Shown here: positions 1-11,100 of the stretch, piece by piece | Numbering within the stretch: position 1 is the stretch's first letter | How the letters are laid out: each line of letters begins with the position of its first letter | Assembly: GCA_963796965.1 (NCBI GenBank) | Contig: CAWCNS010000006.1 | Coordinates: 96,001 to 160,000, forward strand | From: Calditrichia bacterium | GTDB taxonomy: Bacteria; Calditrichota; Calditrichia; JAJRVZ01 | DNA length: 64,000 nt | Reading direction: 5' to 3' | Made by a program: the position numbers and the translations under genes | The notes under the pieces: generated by a model | Databases searched by the model: none | The model's input: the letters and a program-made list of their open reading frames with translations, nothing else | What the model was told of the DNA's origin: nothing

Positions 1-1
1 C

Positions 2-460
2 CGTCAGAAGGATGAGTCCGGAACGGCTATAGCGCCCCGTGTGGCATACGAACAATCTCCGGATGCAGCATTTTATCTGCTTTCCATTAGCTCAACAGAG
101 GCCAGTCAAGAAACTTTTGTCTACGAAAATCCTTTTGGATTTGATATCCAGGATGCTTTGGATGGTGGGGCTAAGATTGAAGATTTTCAATATCGGGCCA
201 GATGGACGCGACCGGAAAATACAGGTGATGGGTATTCTGTGATTGAAATCAACTGGTTTCAAATATGGTTTTATGGTCCCTACCGTCTACTCCTCTACGC
301 AGGCGATGAGAATTTTTATCATTTCTACAACACCCATCGTAATGTACAGGATATCGATGGTAATTTGCATGAACCCGTTTTTGATATTGATGGTGACGGA
401 ATAGGCGTTTTTGGATCTGCTGTTGTCGATACTCTTTATCTAAATGTATTACAAAATTAA
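2..460 (+). CDS. DUF4249-like lipoprotein, C-terminal part (5' truncated by window edge)
   Basis: Frame is open from base 2 to TAA at 458-460. The C-terminus ..PVFDIDGDGIGVFGSAVVDT resembles the NI.GG.GVFG ending of DUF4249 proteins. Confidence 0.55.
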   Translation, partial: RQKDESGTAIAPRVAYEQSPDAAFYLLSISSTEASQETFVYENPFGFDIQDALDGGAKIEDFQYRARWTRPENTGDGYSVIEINWFQIWFYGPYRLLLYAGDENFYHFYNTHRNVQDIDGNLHEPVFDIDGDGIGVFGSAVVDTLYLNVLQN

Positions 461-714
461 ACTTTTGACAGAATTCTCTTTTCCGGAATATAATCGGGAA
501 AACGTTGTCTAATTATCTATCAGGACTTTTTTATTAGCCACAGAGCGCATAAAGTTAATCCTGTGGTTTTAAATTTGGTATTATAAAAATTATACACTTT
601 TTTTGAAAAGAAGTATCGTTATATATAATAGAAGAATTATACTCTATGTCTTCTGTTCTAAACGATACATTCATTATTCAATACTGAATTATAACTATCT
701 GAAAGGAAAGAATA

Positions 715-1092
715 ATGCGTAGAAATACCATTTTTAATTTACTACTTTTTGTTTTCTGTCTGTCATTATTTAGTTGTTCTGATGATGATAACAGACGTCG
801 TCAACGCCGATCACCGGCAGAACAAGCCAAAGCACTTCAGGAAGAATTAGATCTTACAGAAGATCAGACCCAGAAAATACAACAAATCTTTACCGAAAAT
901 AGTGAAGAGATGAAGAAAGTACGGGAAAACTTTGATGGCGATCGCAGCCAGATGCGCCAGACTTTTATGGAATATCGGGAAAAAGTAAATCAACAAATTG
1001 AAGAGATCCTTAATGATAAGCAAAGAGAAAAATTTCAAGAATATCAGGAAGAACAGCAGGAAAGAAGGCGTGAGCGGATGAGAGATAGATAG
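715..1092 (+). CDS. Spy/CpxP-like (LTxxQ) helical lipoprotein
   Basis: SD AAGGAAAG, lipobox LFSC, two LTxxQ-like motifs (LDLTEDQ, ILNDKQ), and a charged helical body. Confidence 0.65.
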   Translation: MRRNTIFNLLLFVFCLSLFSCSDDDNRRRQRRSPAEQAKALQEELDLTEDQTQKIQQIFTENSEEMKKVRENFDGDRSQMRQTFMEYREKVNQQIEEILNDKQREKFQEYQEEQQERRRERMRDR

Positions 1093-1110
1093 AATAAAAG
1101 AGTCTACTCA

Positions 1111-2034
1111 ATGAACATTCAAATTAATAACCTTTCCAAGGTATATTCGGGTCAAAAGCATGCTCTAAATAATATTAGTCTTGATATTGGCAGCGGCTTA
1201 TTTGGTTTGCTTGGACCAAACGGTGCCGGTAAAACAACCCTGATGAGGATCTTAGTGACACTATTGAAACCTTCTCAGGGTAAAGTTTTTGTCAATGGCC
1301 TGGACCTTCAAAAAGATCGCAAACAAATTCGTAAAATGCTTGGTTATCTTCCCCAGGAATTCAGTACTTTTCCAAAAATAAAAACATGGGAATTTCTGGA
1401 TTATAATGCCCGATTGGCTGGGTTAAAGGGATCCAAAGAAAGAGGCATCGCTGTCGATAATATGTTGGAAAAAGTAGCCCTCGATGATGTACGTGACCGG
1501 TTGGCTAATAAACTTTCAGGAGGAATGAAACGCCGGCTTGGTATTGCTCAAGCCTTGATTGGTGATCCAAAGATTCTCATTGTCGATGAACCAACTACCG
1601 GCCTTGATCCTGAGGAACGTATTCGTTTTAGAAATATTCTTGCCGATTTAGGACAGGAAGAGCGTATAATTATTCTCTCCACCCATATTGTTGGCGACAT
1701 ATCAAGTACCTGTAGTAATATGGCATTGCTTCTGGATGGAGAAGTTGCCTTTAACGGTGCACCGGAATCGCTTGTCAACCAGGCCACAAATCATGTGTTT
1801 CAAATTGATGTTCAGGACAATGATCTGGAGAGCCTTAAAGAAGACTATTCAATTATTTCCACAATCCCGTCAGAATTCGGCTGGAGAGTTCAGATTGTAG
1901 CTGATCATTTTGATAAATATAATGCCATCAAAATCGAACCGAACCTGGAACATGCCTATGTTTATTTTGTTGAGATTCAGGAAGGTAAAGAAATAGAGGA
2001 AGCTGATGCATTACATAATAATCTTTTGGATTAG
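1111..2034 (+). CDS. ABC transporter ATP-binding protein (ABC-2/CcmA-like)
   Basis: Walker A GPNGAGKTT, signature LSGGM, Walker B ILIVDEPT, H-loop LSTH. Confidence 0.95.
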   Translation: MNIQINNLSKVYSGQKHALNNISLDIGSGLFGLLGPNGAGKTTLMRILVTLLKPSQGKVFVNGLDLQKDRKQIRKMLGYLPQEFSTFPKIKTWEFLDYNARLAGLKGSKERGIAVDNMLEKVALDDVRDRLANKLSGGMKRRLGIAQALIGDPKILIVDEPTTGLDPEERIRFRNILADLGQEERIIILSTHIVGDISSTCSNMALLLDGEVAFNGAPESLVNQATNHVFQIDVQDNDLESLKEDYSIISTIPSEFGWRVQIVADHFDKYNAIKIEPNLEHAYVYFVEIQEGKEIEEADALHNNLLD

Positions 2035-2039
2035 GAATA

Positions 2040-5000
2040 ATGTTCGATATACTCCAATTGGATAAAATTTGGGCAAACGCCCGTTATGAGATGATGACTT
2101 TAAGACGGGGTTGGTTTTTCCGTATTTTTGCCGGTCTTGCAATTGCGATCTTAACATTGGTTAACGTCATATTCTTCAGCCGCGCGACCAATGTTCCCCG
2201 GATGTTTTATGCCCTCTCTGCTTCTTCCCCCTATTTCAACATGTTAATGTTAAATCTCGCTCAAATTGTTGCTATTGCCCTGCTTACTTCCGACCTGTTC
2301 AAACGAGATAAAAGGATTAATACTACTGATGTCTATTATATTCGGCCAATGACCAATGCAGCCTATATCACTGGCAAATTAATTGGCATCCTGATTGTAT
2401 TCGGTTTACTGAATCTTTTCACCCTGGTAGTTGCCGCAGTAATTCAATATGCTTTTGGTGACACCAATTTTAATATAATACCTTATTTGTGGTATGGTAT
2501 TCTGATCCCCTTACCTGCATTCATCTTTGTAACCGGCCTTTCTTTTTTATTGATCCGAATCGTTAAGAATCAGGCAATTGTCGTATTGCTTGTTCTTGGG
2601 TATTTCGCAGCAGTTATTTTTTTTCTAAGTGATCAATGGTATTTTGTTTTTGACTTCCCCGCCATACAACTCCCCATGATCTATTCAGATTTTTTTGGTA
2701 TCCCAAATTTAAATGCAATTTTACTACAAAGAGGATTGTATTTAATACTTGGTTTAATTTTCATACTTTTAGCTATTTTATTCTTTACACGCCTACCTCA
2801 ATCAGTGACGTTAAAAAGAATTATCAAGATAACGATCATACTGCTCTTTTTCTCCTCTCTACTAATGGGTTACCAGTATTTGCACATTCATTTCGAGAAA
2901 GAAACACTTCGTAAACATATGATATTGCTCAACGACGTGTATAGAGAGAAACCAAATATCAGCATTGATAAGTGCCGGATTGAGATGGAACATCTTGGTC
3001 ACGAGATTGAAGTTAATTCTCATTTAGCAATTAGCAACCAATATTCCCAAAAATTAAGCACAGTCTTTTTCACGCTCAATCCCCTATTAATCGTCTCCTC
3101 CGTGAGAATGAATAATCAGGAATTGAATTTTAAACAGAACATCCATCTTTTGGAAATTGATCTGACTCATCCGATTTTCCCTGGCCAAAGAGATTCGATT
3201 CGAATTGACTACAAAGGAAAAATCGATGATGCTGTTTGCTATCTGGATATAAACGATGAGCAGTATAAAAGTACTTATAATATTTGGGCTCTTCAGATAG
3301 CTAAGAAATATGCCATTCTGGAACCGGAATATGTATTGTTATCACCGGAGTCCATGTGGTACCCAAAAACTAATATCCCCTATCAGGCCGGCGAACTCAA
3401 ACAAAACGAAGGGATGTTTACCGAATATCAATTAACCATAAAATGCCTAGAGGATTTGACCACTATTACACAGGGGGCATCAACAATAATTTCATCTGGC
3501 CATATTTCATATATACCTGAACAGCCACTCCTTGGGATTTCGCTTATTATAGGCCAGTATGAAAAACGAACTATTGATGTGGACAGTATTGCGTATAGCC
3601 TTTATATCCATCCCGATCATAATTATTTTGATGAATACTTTGTAAATATAGGTGATACATTAAGTACTGTTTTAAAAGAAACCCAGGAAATATACGAAGT
3701 AAAGCTAAATCTCACGTATCCGTTTCGGCGAATGAGTCTTGTCGAGGTGCCTATCCCCTTTTATACCTATTCCCGGGTAAAAACGATTGCACGTGAACTT
3801 ATTCAGCCCGAACAGATTTGGCTGCCTGAGAATGCTGCCTTCTTGAGATCTGCCGATTTTCGTTCTATCAATTCTTACATGGAAAGAAGATTGGACAGAT
3901 CAAATCAGACCCTCACAAATATAGAATCAGAGACCTCCCTATTGAACCAATTTATACATTCTACATTTTTGGGGGAGTTTTCCTTTTTCGGAAGAATGGG
4001 TGGCCCCGATCTTGTTTATCAGCCAGATTTTAATCCTTTCCCAAATTTTTATACATACTCAAATTATGTTTACTCGAAACGATGGCCAATGTTGAATACA
4101 GCTCTCGAGGCTTATTTATATAATCGGGTACAAAACTCTGATTCAGATCCTCGGACATCAATGTTTACTGACGGGCTAACTGAGACAGAAGAAGTGAGTC
4201 AAAAATTAACAAAGAATAGCCTGGTCGAACTCTTTAACTCCGATGAAGAAAACACCTTACTTTCAGCAATTGTGAAAGCAAAGGGCTCCTATCTGTTTAA
4301 AGCATTGCAACGAGACCTTAAAATCCCTGATTTTGATCAGAACCTAAAAACAGCCATTGAATCCAATCGCTTTAAGTTCATATCTGATAAAGAATTATTA
4401 TCAAATATGAAGAGTGAATCTCTCACCGGGATAGATTCCCTCCTTGAGGAATGGTATTATGCCAAACAGCTTCCGGGATTTATTGTGAACGATGTACGTC
4501 TATTTAAGGTTATTGATAACAACCGGATGCGTTATCAGATATTATTCAAAATAATAAATGCAGAAGATGTTCAGGGATTGATCGAAGTACAATTTCAATT
4601 TGGAAGATTTGGCAGAGGTATGATGGGTGATCCATCTACAACAGAAGAACCAACACGTCTTTTCGAGATAGGTGCAGGAGAATCAAAGGAGATTGGAATT
4701 GTATTAGATACTGAGCCAAGATCACTAAATATAAATTTTCAAATCGCCTGGAATATTCCAATCATATACTCGAAGCAATTTGAAAAAGCGGAGTTAGTTG
4801 AACGATATTCTCCTTTTGATGGAGAACGTATCAATGATCATGTATTAGACCTCGGGATATCAAATGAAATTGTTATAGATAATGAGGATGAAGGATTTAT
4901 CGTATACAATCCTCCTTTTCAAAGTTTTTTAAAAAGGTTGATCCATGGGGATGAAATTATCCAGGAAAATACCTTTCAAAGATTTACTTCGTGGAACCCA

Positions 5001-5402
5001 GCCAGCCAATGGGCTCTGGTAAAGAATGGCTCTTTTTATGGCAAATATATTCATTCAGCCTATTATATAAGATCCGGGGATGGAGAAAAATTTGTCTCTT
5101 GGCAAACCAATTTACCTGCTGAGGGACTTTATGATGTTTATGCCTATATGTTTGACAAGCGGGCATTTTGGCGGAGAAGAAGAGGCCGTTCGGGTGGGAA
5201 TTCAACTTTTGGAGATTTTACCTACATTATTCATCATGATAATGGTGATGACTTGGTAACATTTGATGCACAAAATGCTGCCGATGGCTGGCATTTCTTA
5301 GGTACTTACTTTTTCTCAAAAGGTAATGCTAAAATCGAATTAACAAATCAATCAAATGGTAGGGTTGTTGTAGCAGACGCAGTTAAATTGGTAGCGAACT
5401 AA
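2040..5402 (+). CDS. Large ABC-2 permease with M1-aminopeptidase-like ectodomain and C-terminal Golvesin/xanthan-lyase CBM-like domain
   Basis: About 7 hydrophobic segments in the first ~280 aa, then a soluble domain (FTLNP, IDYKGKI, PESMWYP, LTYPFRRMSLVEVP) with no HExxH. C-terminal DNEDEGF..GLYDVY..GWHFLGTYFF..VVADAVK. Confidence 0.7.
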   Translation: MFDILQLDKIWANARYEMMTLRRGWFFRIFAGLAIAILTLVNVIFFSRATNVPRMFYALSASSPYFNMLMLNLAQIVAIALLTSDLFKRDKRINTTDVYYIRPMTNAAYITGKLIGILIVFGLLNLFTLVVAAVIQYAFGDTNFNIIPYLWYGILIPLPAFIFVTGLSFLLIRIVKNQAIVVLLVLGYFAAVIFFLSDQWYFVFDFPAIQLPMIYSDFFGIPNLNAILLQRGLYLILGLIFILLAILFFTRLPQSVTLKRIIKITIILLFFSSLLMGYQYLHIHFEKETLRKHMILLNDVYREKPNISIDKCRIEMEHLGHEIEVNSHLAISNQYSQKLSTVFFTLNPLLIVSSVRMNNQELNFKQNIHLLEIDLTHPIFPGQRDSIRIDYKGKIDDAVCYLDINDEQYKSTYNIWALQIAKKYAILEPEYVLLSPESMWYPKTNIPYQAGELKQNEGMFTEYQLTIKCLEDLTTITQGASTIISSGHISYIPEQPLLGISLIIGQYEKRTIDVDSIAYSLYIHPDHNYFDEYFVNIGDTLSTVLKETQEIYEVKLNLTYPFRRMSLVEVPIPFYTYSRVKTIARELIQPEQIWLPENAAFLRSADFRSINSYMERRLDRSNQTLTNIESETSLLNQFIHSTFLGEFSFFGRMGGPDLVYQPDFNPFPNFYTYSNYVYSKRWPMLNTALEAYLYNRVQNSDSDPRTSMFTDGLTETEEVSQKLTKNSLVELFNSDEENTLLSAIVKAKGSYLFKALQRDLKIPDFDQNLKTAIESNRFKFISDKELLSNMKSESLTGIDSLLEEWYYAKQLPGFIVNDVRLFKVIDNNRMRYQILFKIINAEDVQGLIEVQFQFGRFGRGMMGDPSTTEEPTRLFEIGAGESKEIGIVLDTEPRSLNINFQIAWNIPIIYSKQFEKAELVERYSPFDGERINDHVLDLGISNEIVIDNEDEGFIVYNPPFQSFLKRLIHGDEIIQENTFQRFTSWNPASQWALVKNGSFYGKYIHSAYYIRSGDGEKFVSWQTNLPAEGLYDVYAYMFDKRAFWRRRRGRSGGNSTFGDFTYIIHHDNGDDLVTFDAQNAADGWHFLGTYFFSKGNAKIELTNQSNGRVVVADAVKLVAN

Positions 5403-5493
5403 AGTAATCAGTTTATGATTGTCCGGGATTGAACTCCTCCGACAATTATCTGATATAAATAGAAGGTTTTATTTAATCACAGGATATACAATA

Positions 5494-6987
5494 ATGAAAA
5501 AATTGAGACTTAATTTTCTTCTCTTCACCTCGATTATTCTGATAAATTTCACATTTCCTCACTTGACCCTGGCCCAGATACAGGCGTATAATTTTGAAGA
5601 TGCCTTCGAAATTGCGAAGGAAAACAGTCCGGATATTCAACAAGCCCGTTTATCATTGGATCGTAGTCAGGAATTGCTCGATGCTGAACGAGCCTCATTA
5701 AAATCTCAATTTAGTCTGAATATCGAACCCTTTGGCTATTACCATAACCGTGAGTTTAATCCATTTTTTAACACATGGAATACGACCGAATTAAAAAACT
5801 CTTCAATTCTGTTTCAGATAGCACAACCGATACTATTCACTGATGGTACTCTCGCCTTACGCAACAGATCAGCCTGGCAGGATGCCTACAGTGAGTTTCA
5901 GGGCGGGGGGAATACCGAATCTTTTAGTAACAATCTTTATCTCGCATATGATCAACCAATATTTACCTATAACCGACTAAAGCTTGCATTAGATGAGGTA
6001 AAACTCGACAACGAAAACGCATTATTAAATTACCGAATTCGTGAACTTCTGCTTGAGCGTCTTGTTGCTCAGAGTTTTTATCTTGCTTACCAAAACACAA
6101 TGAGTCTGATGATCGCTCGGGAAGATTTTAAAAACAGAGAACAAAGTTATCTTATTATAAAGAATAAAGTGGATGCCGGACTTGTAGCCAAAGAGGAGCT
6201 TCTGCAAGCAGAATTGGATATGACAAGCAGCAAATCCGAGGTTCAAAATCAGCAGGTATCACTAGATAATTCACTTGATGAGCTCAAAAATCTAATTGGT
6301 GTGTCTTTATTTGATGATATTAATGTGGTTGCAGATATTACCATGGACTCGGTCACCGTAGATTTACAACAGGCCCTGGAGCATGGGATAACTTATCGCT
6401 ATGAATTAAGGGAAAGAAACATCGACATTGAATTAGCACATAATAATTTGGTTCGGTCATCAGCAATTAATGAATTCCGTGGTAACCTTTCGCTATCCTA
6501 TGGTATAATTGGAACCAATACCAAACTTCCTAATATTTATGATTCTCCAACTCAGAACCAGGAGGTAAGGCTGTCATTTGATATTCCACTTTGGGATTGG
6601 GGTGAGAGAAATTCGAGAATTAAGGCCTCACAGGTCACCATTGATAAATCTAAAGTATCCTATGAACAACAGAAAAACAGTATAATTATTAGCATTCGTC
6701 AGGCTTACCGTAGTCTTCAGAATCAGGTTATTCAGGTAGAACTACAACGCCAAAACGTAAGAACGGCCCAATTAACTTATGAAATCAATCTGGAACGCTA
6801 TAGAAATGGGGATTTAACAAGTATGGATTTAAATCTTGTCCAGAACCAGTTATCCCAGAGTCAAATGGGTTTGATAAATGCCATGATAAGTTATAAGATG
6901 GCCTTGATTGATTTAAAAATAGAATCATTATGGGATTTTGAAAAGAATGAACCCGTTGTCATATTCGATGCTGAAGAAGATAACTAG
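5494..6987 (+). CDS. TolC-family outer membrane channel
   Basis: Signal peptide from ATG 5494 (MKKLRLNF..LTLAQ). OEP repeat features (AKENSPDI, FDIPLWDWG, RYRNGDLTSMDL). The ORF-track start at 5419 is probably too early. Confidence 0.9.
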   Translation: MKKLRLNFLLFTSIILINFTFPHLTLAQIQAYNFEDAFEIAKENSPDIQQARLSLDRSQELLDAERASLKSQFSLNIEPFGYYHNREFNPFFNTWNTTELKNSSILFQIAQPILFTDGTLALRNRSAWQDAYSEFQGGGNTESFSNNLYLAYDQPIFTYNRLKLALDEVKLDNENALLNYRIRELLLERLVAQSFYLAYQNTMSLMIAREDFKNREQSYLIIKNKVDAGLVAKEELLQAELDMTSSKSEVQNQQVSLDNSLDELKNLIGVSLFDDINVVADITMDSVTVDLQQALEHGITYRYELRERNIDIELAHNNLVRSSAINEFRGNLSLSYGIIGTNTKLPNIYDSPTQNQEVRLSFDIPLWDWGERNSRIKASQVTIDKSKVSYEQQKNSIIISIRQAYRSLQNQVIQVELQRQNVRTAQLTYEINLERYRNGDLTSMDLNLVQNQLSQSQMGLINAMISYKMALIDLKIESLWDFEKNEPVVIFDAEEDN

Positions 6988-7037
6988 GTATTTATCCCGT
7001 TATTACATTATGATTTTAAAAACAAAGGAGTTCGATT

Positions 7038-8087
7038 GTGAAACAAGCATTTTTTCTGATACTACTAACACTTTTGTTAGTCTCCTGTCAGAGTGGTGAT
7101 CAGAGCCGTGACCTGGAAATTAGCATTCCTGTTAGTATTACAGATATAAAACCCGGCTCAATTGAGGAATTTATTGCCACCACGGCTAGTATTAATGCCA
7201 CCAAAAATGTAATTCTTAGATCAGAGATAGAAGGTATCTATCGTTTGGCAAAGAATCCGAAAACCGGTAAGCCATATGCACCGGGAGATTTTGTGCGACC
7301 AGGAAACGTGATCATTCATCTGGATAATCCTGAGTTTGAAAATAATATTGGCCTAGAATCGCAACAATTGAACCTGGATATCTCAAAACGTGAATTTGAG
7401 AAACAGGAATCTCTGTATGAAAAAGGTGGTGTCACATTACGCGAACTAAAAAATTCAGAAAAAGCTTATATGGACGCAGGGAATGTTCATGAAAATGCTA
7501 TAATTCAATTAAAAAAGTTAAGCATTTCCGCCCCATTTGGGGGTACTATTGTTGATCTCCCTTACTACACGACTGGAACAAAGGTACCCACAAATCAGAA
7601 TATGGTTCAGTTAATGGATTATTCAAAACTTTATGCTGAAGTAAATTATCCGTCCAAAGAGCTTAACCGGATCAGAGTAAGCCAGAAAATTCGTATTACC
7701 CATCATAGTGCAACAAAAGATACTCTAGAAGGATATGTTGCACAGGTATCACCCGCGTTGAATCCGGAGACACGCTCATTCGAAGCTACCCTTCATATTG
7801 ATAATTCCAAACATATTCTGCGCCCTGGGATGTTCGTAAAAGTTGAAACAATCGTCGCAAGACACGATAGTATCATCGTTATACCAAAAGAAATCATTTT
7901 ATCAAAACGTCGTGGTAAAACAGTATTTGTTGTTGATAAAGGTGCTGCTTTTGAACGAGTTATTAGCATTGGTTTAGAAAATGAATATGAGGTGGAAGTC
8001 ATTGAGGGTTTAAAACAAGGCGATAAATTAGTAACCAAGGGATTTGAAACGTTAAGAAATCGTTCCCGGGTCAAGATTGTACGCTAA
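7038..8087 (+). CDS. RND periplasmic adaptor (MFP) lipoprotein
   Basis: GTG start with SD AAGGAG, lipobox LVSC, ISAPFGG, LRPGMFV, GLKQGDKLV. Confidence 0.92.
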   Translation: MKQAFFLILLTLLLVSCQSGDQSRDLEISIPVSITDIKPGSIEEFIATTASINATKNVILRSEIEGIYRLAKNPKTGKPYAPGDFVRPGNVIIHLDNPEFENNIGLESQQLNLDISKREFEKQESLYEKGGVTLRELKNSEKAYMDAGNVHENAIIQLKKLSISAPFGGTIVDLPYYTTGTKVPTNQNMVQLMDYSKLYAEVNYPSKELNRIRVSQKIRITHHSATKDTLEGYVAQVSPALNPETRSFEATLHIDNSKHILRPGMFVKVETIVARHDSIIVIPKEIILSKRRGKTVFVVDKGAAFERVISIGLENEYEVEVIEGLKQGDKLVTKGFETLRNRSRVKIVR

Positions 8088-8105
8088 AGAAAGATCATTA
8101 GAGCA

Positions 8106-11100
8106 ATGAAAAAACTAAGCAAATTTTCGGTGAATTATCCCATTACAGTTTTAATGATGGTTTTGGCAATAATTCTATTGGGATATATTTCATTCAATGA
8201 ACTGGGTATCGATCTTTTGCCTGATTTAAATAATCCACAAATTTTTATTGAAATTAAGGCAGGTGAAAGACCTCCTGAGGAGATGGAGAATCTGTTTGTT
8301 GAAACAATTGAGGCCGTGGCTATAAGACAGAAAGGTGTTATACAGGTCTCGTCTGTCTCGAAAGTCGGGAATGCTCAGATTTCTGTTGAATACAGCTGGA
8401 ACACTGATATGGATGAGGCATTTCTCGATCTTCAAAAAAACCTTACCAATTTTGGGCAGAACTCACAGCTAGATGAACTCACCATGAGTCAACATGATCC
8501 GAACAGTGCTCCGGTGATGATCCTTGGACTTTCACATTCTGAAATTGAGGATATGGATGAATTGCGTCGCGTCGCTTTTAATTATCTGAGCAATGAACTA
8601 ACGCGATTAGAAGGAATAGCTGCAGTTGAAATTATTGGTGGAGAAGAAAAAGAAATTGTTATCAGTACAACACCTTATAAACTAAAAGCTCATGGACTTA
8701 CTCCCCAACAAGTCGCAGAAAGAATTCAAAGCTCAAATCGCACAATCTCGGGCGGCTCAATAGAAGAATCTGGTCTGAAGTATATTATAAAAGGGTTGGG
8801 AGAATTTCAATCTTTAGAAGATATTGGAAATGTCATTGTTGCCCAAAACCAAAAAGAAGACATTGTATTAGAGGAATCCCAGCAAACAGTTCCCGTTTAT
8901 TTAAAAAATATTGCTGATATTTATCACCAAAATAAAGACCCAGAAAACATTGTTCGTATCAACCAAAAACGATGTATCGCCCTAGCTATTTACAAAGAAA
9001 CAAAATTCAACACAGTCCGTGCTGTCGAGACATTAATCGAGAACCTAAACAACCTTCAACAAGCCTTACCCGGATATGAATTGATTATTATCCAGAACCA
9101 GGCAGAATTTATCACCACTGCAATTAATGAAGTTCAGGCGACAGCTTTATATGGCATACTTTTGGCGGTCATAATTTTATTTATCTTCCTGAGACGCATC
9201 GGTACAACTCTAATTATTAGCATTGCCATTCCCATATCAGTCGTTGCCACTTTTAATCTGATGTATTTTAACGATCTAACTTTAAATATTATGACCCTTG
9301 GCGGCCTGGCCTTAGGGGCTGGTATGCTGGTAGATAACGCCATTGTCGTTATGGAGAATATATTCAGAAATCTGGAAAAAGGTCTATCATTGAAGGAGGC
9401 ATCTATTGTGGGGACCGCTGAGGTTTCTGGAGCTATCACAGCCTCGACGATAACAACCATTGTTGTCTTCCTGCCTATCGTCTATTTACATGGTGCTGCT
9501 GGTGAACTTTTTAAAGATCAAGCCTGGACTGTTGCCTTTTCTCTTCTTTCCTCCTTACTTGTTGCTCTTCTCGTAATTCCAATGCTAAGTAATAAATTTT
9601 TGAAAGCAGTGCCATCTCGTGCACAAAAGACTGCAATTCGCTTCACATGGTATACGGATCTCTTAGAACAGATATTGGAAAGACGGAAGATTATTATCAT
9701 CATGGCGATGGGCCTGGTTGTTATTTCACTCATTCTGGTTCCAGTCATCGGCAGTGAATTTATACCCAGAACAGATGTAAATTCGTTTGAGATTAATATT
9801 GTGCTTGATAAGGGTTCTTCTCTTGATCATACCAATCGGGTTACCTCTCAGATTGAAGATATTATTATGAATACATCAGGATCAGAAGTGAAGATTTTGT
9901 ATACCCGCGTGGGGCCAGCAACTGAATCTCTGAATAGTCAATCTCAATCTTTTTTTGAAGATGAAAATACGGCTTTGATTCATGTGTTTCTTAAAGAGGA
10001 TAGAGAGCTATCGACTGACGAAATAATATCTTCTCTAAATAGCATATTTCAATCGCTTACAGATTATGAGATTCATTTTTCAAAAGAATTATCGTCATTA
10101 CAATCCATTCTTGGTACAGACCAGGATCCGGTTATTGTTGAAATAAAGGGTGACAATCTTGCACTGATCCGTTCGTTAGCAGATCTGGTAAAGATGCAAA
10201 TGGATTCTTTAAATGAAATATTTAATGTCGAATCCTCTTTTGACGATGGCAGACCTGAGGTAAACATTATCATTGACAGAATCAGATCCGGTGTACACAA
10301 TTTGGATCTTGGATCAATTGGTACACAGTTAAAAGATTATTTGCAGGGGAGAGAGGCCGGAAATTGGGAATCCGAAGGAGAAATTCGTGATATTACCCTG
10401 ACATTACCTGAGGCAAGCATTAAAGCTCTTAGCGAAGTTTATATCAATAATGGGGAAAATGATATTCGATTGGATGAGATTGCAACATTCGAAGAAACCA
10501 CTTCTCAAAATGAGATTAGCCGTCGAAATCAGTCTCGGATAGGAAAAGTTACAGCACAGATTAGAGTGGACATACCTCTGGATCATGTGACAGCATTAAT
10601 CAGAGAAAGAGTAGAAAAGATTCCTTTTCCTGATGGCTATCAGTATGCCATTACTGGTGAAGAAGAAATGCGGGCAAAGTCATTTGCAAATCTTAAATTT
10701 GCTTTGCTATTATCAATCATTCTCATTTATATGGTGATGGCTTCACAGTTTGAGTCGCTAATTCATCCCTTAACAATATTATTAACGATTCCACTTGCTG
10801 CAGTTGGTGCAATTACGATCTTCTTCATCCTTGGGATCCCGTTCAACGTTATGGCTTATATTGGAATTATTATGTTGATGGGTATCGCCGTGAATGACTC
10901 AATAATTCTGGTCGATGCCATCAACCAGTTAAAACGGCAAGGCTTGGAATTAAAAGAAGCCATATTGGAAGCGGGTGAGAGAAGAATTCGTCCAATTATC
11001 ATGACCAGTTTAACGACCATATTAGCTCTGCTTCCCTTGACCATTGGTTTTGGTGAAAGCGCTGCGCTTCGTGCACCAATGGCCCTTGCTGTTATCGGCG

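Noticed and set aside
590..625. Possible ECF sigma promoter (ACAC..CGTT) before the hybrid operon
   Set aside because: Spacing and match are too weak to support.
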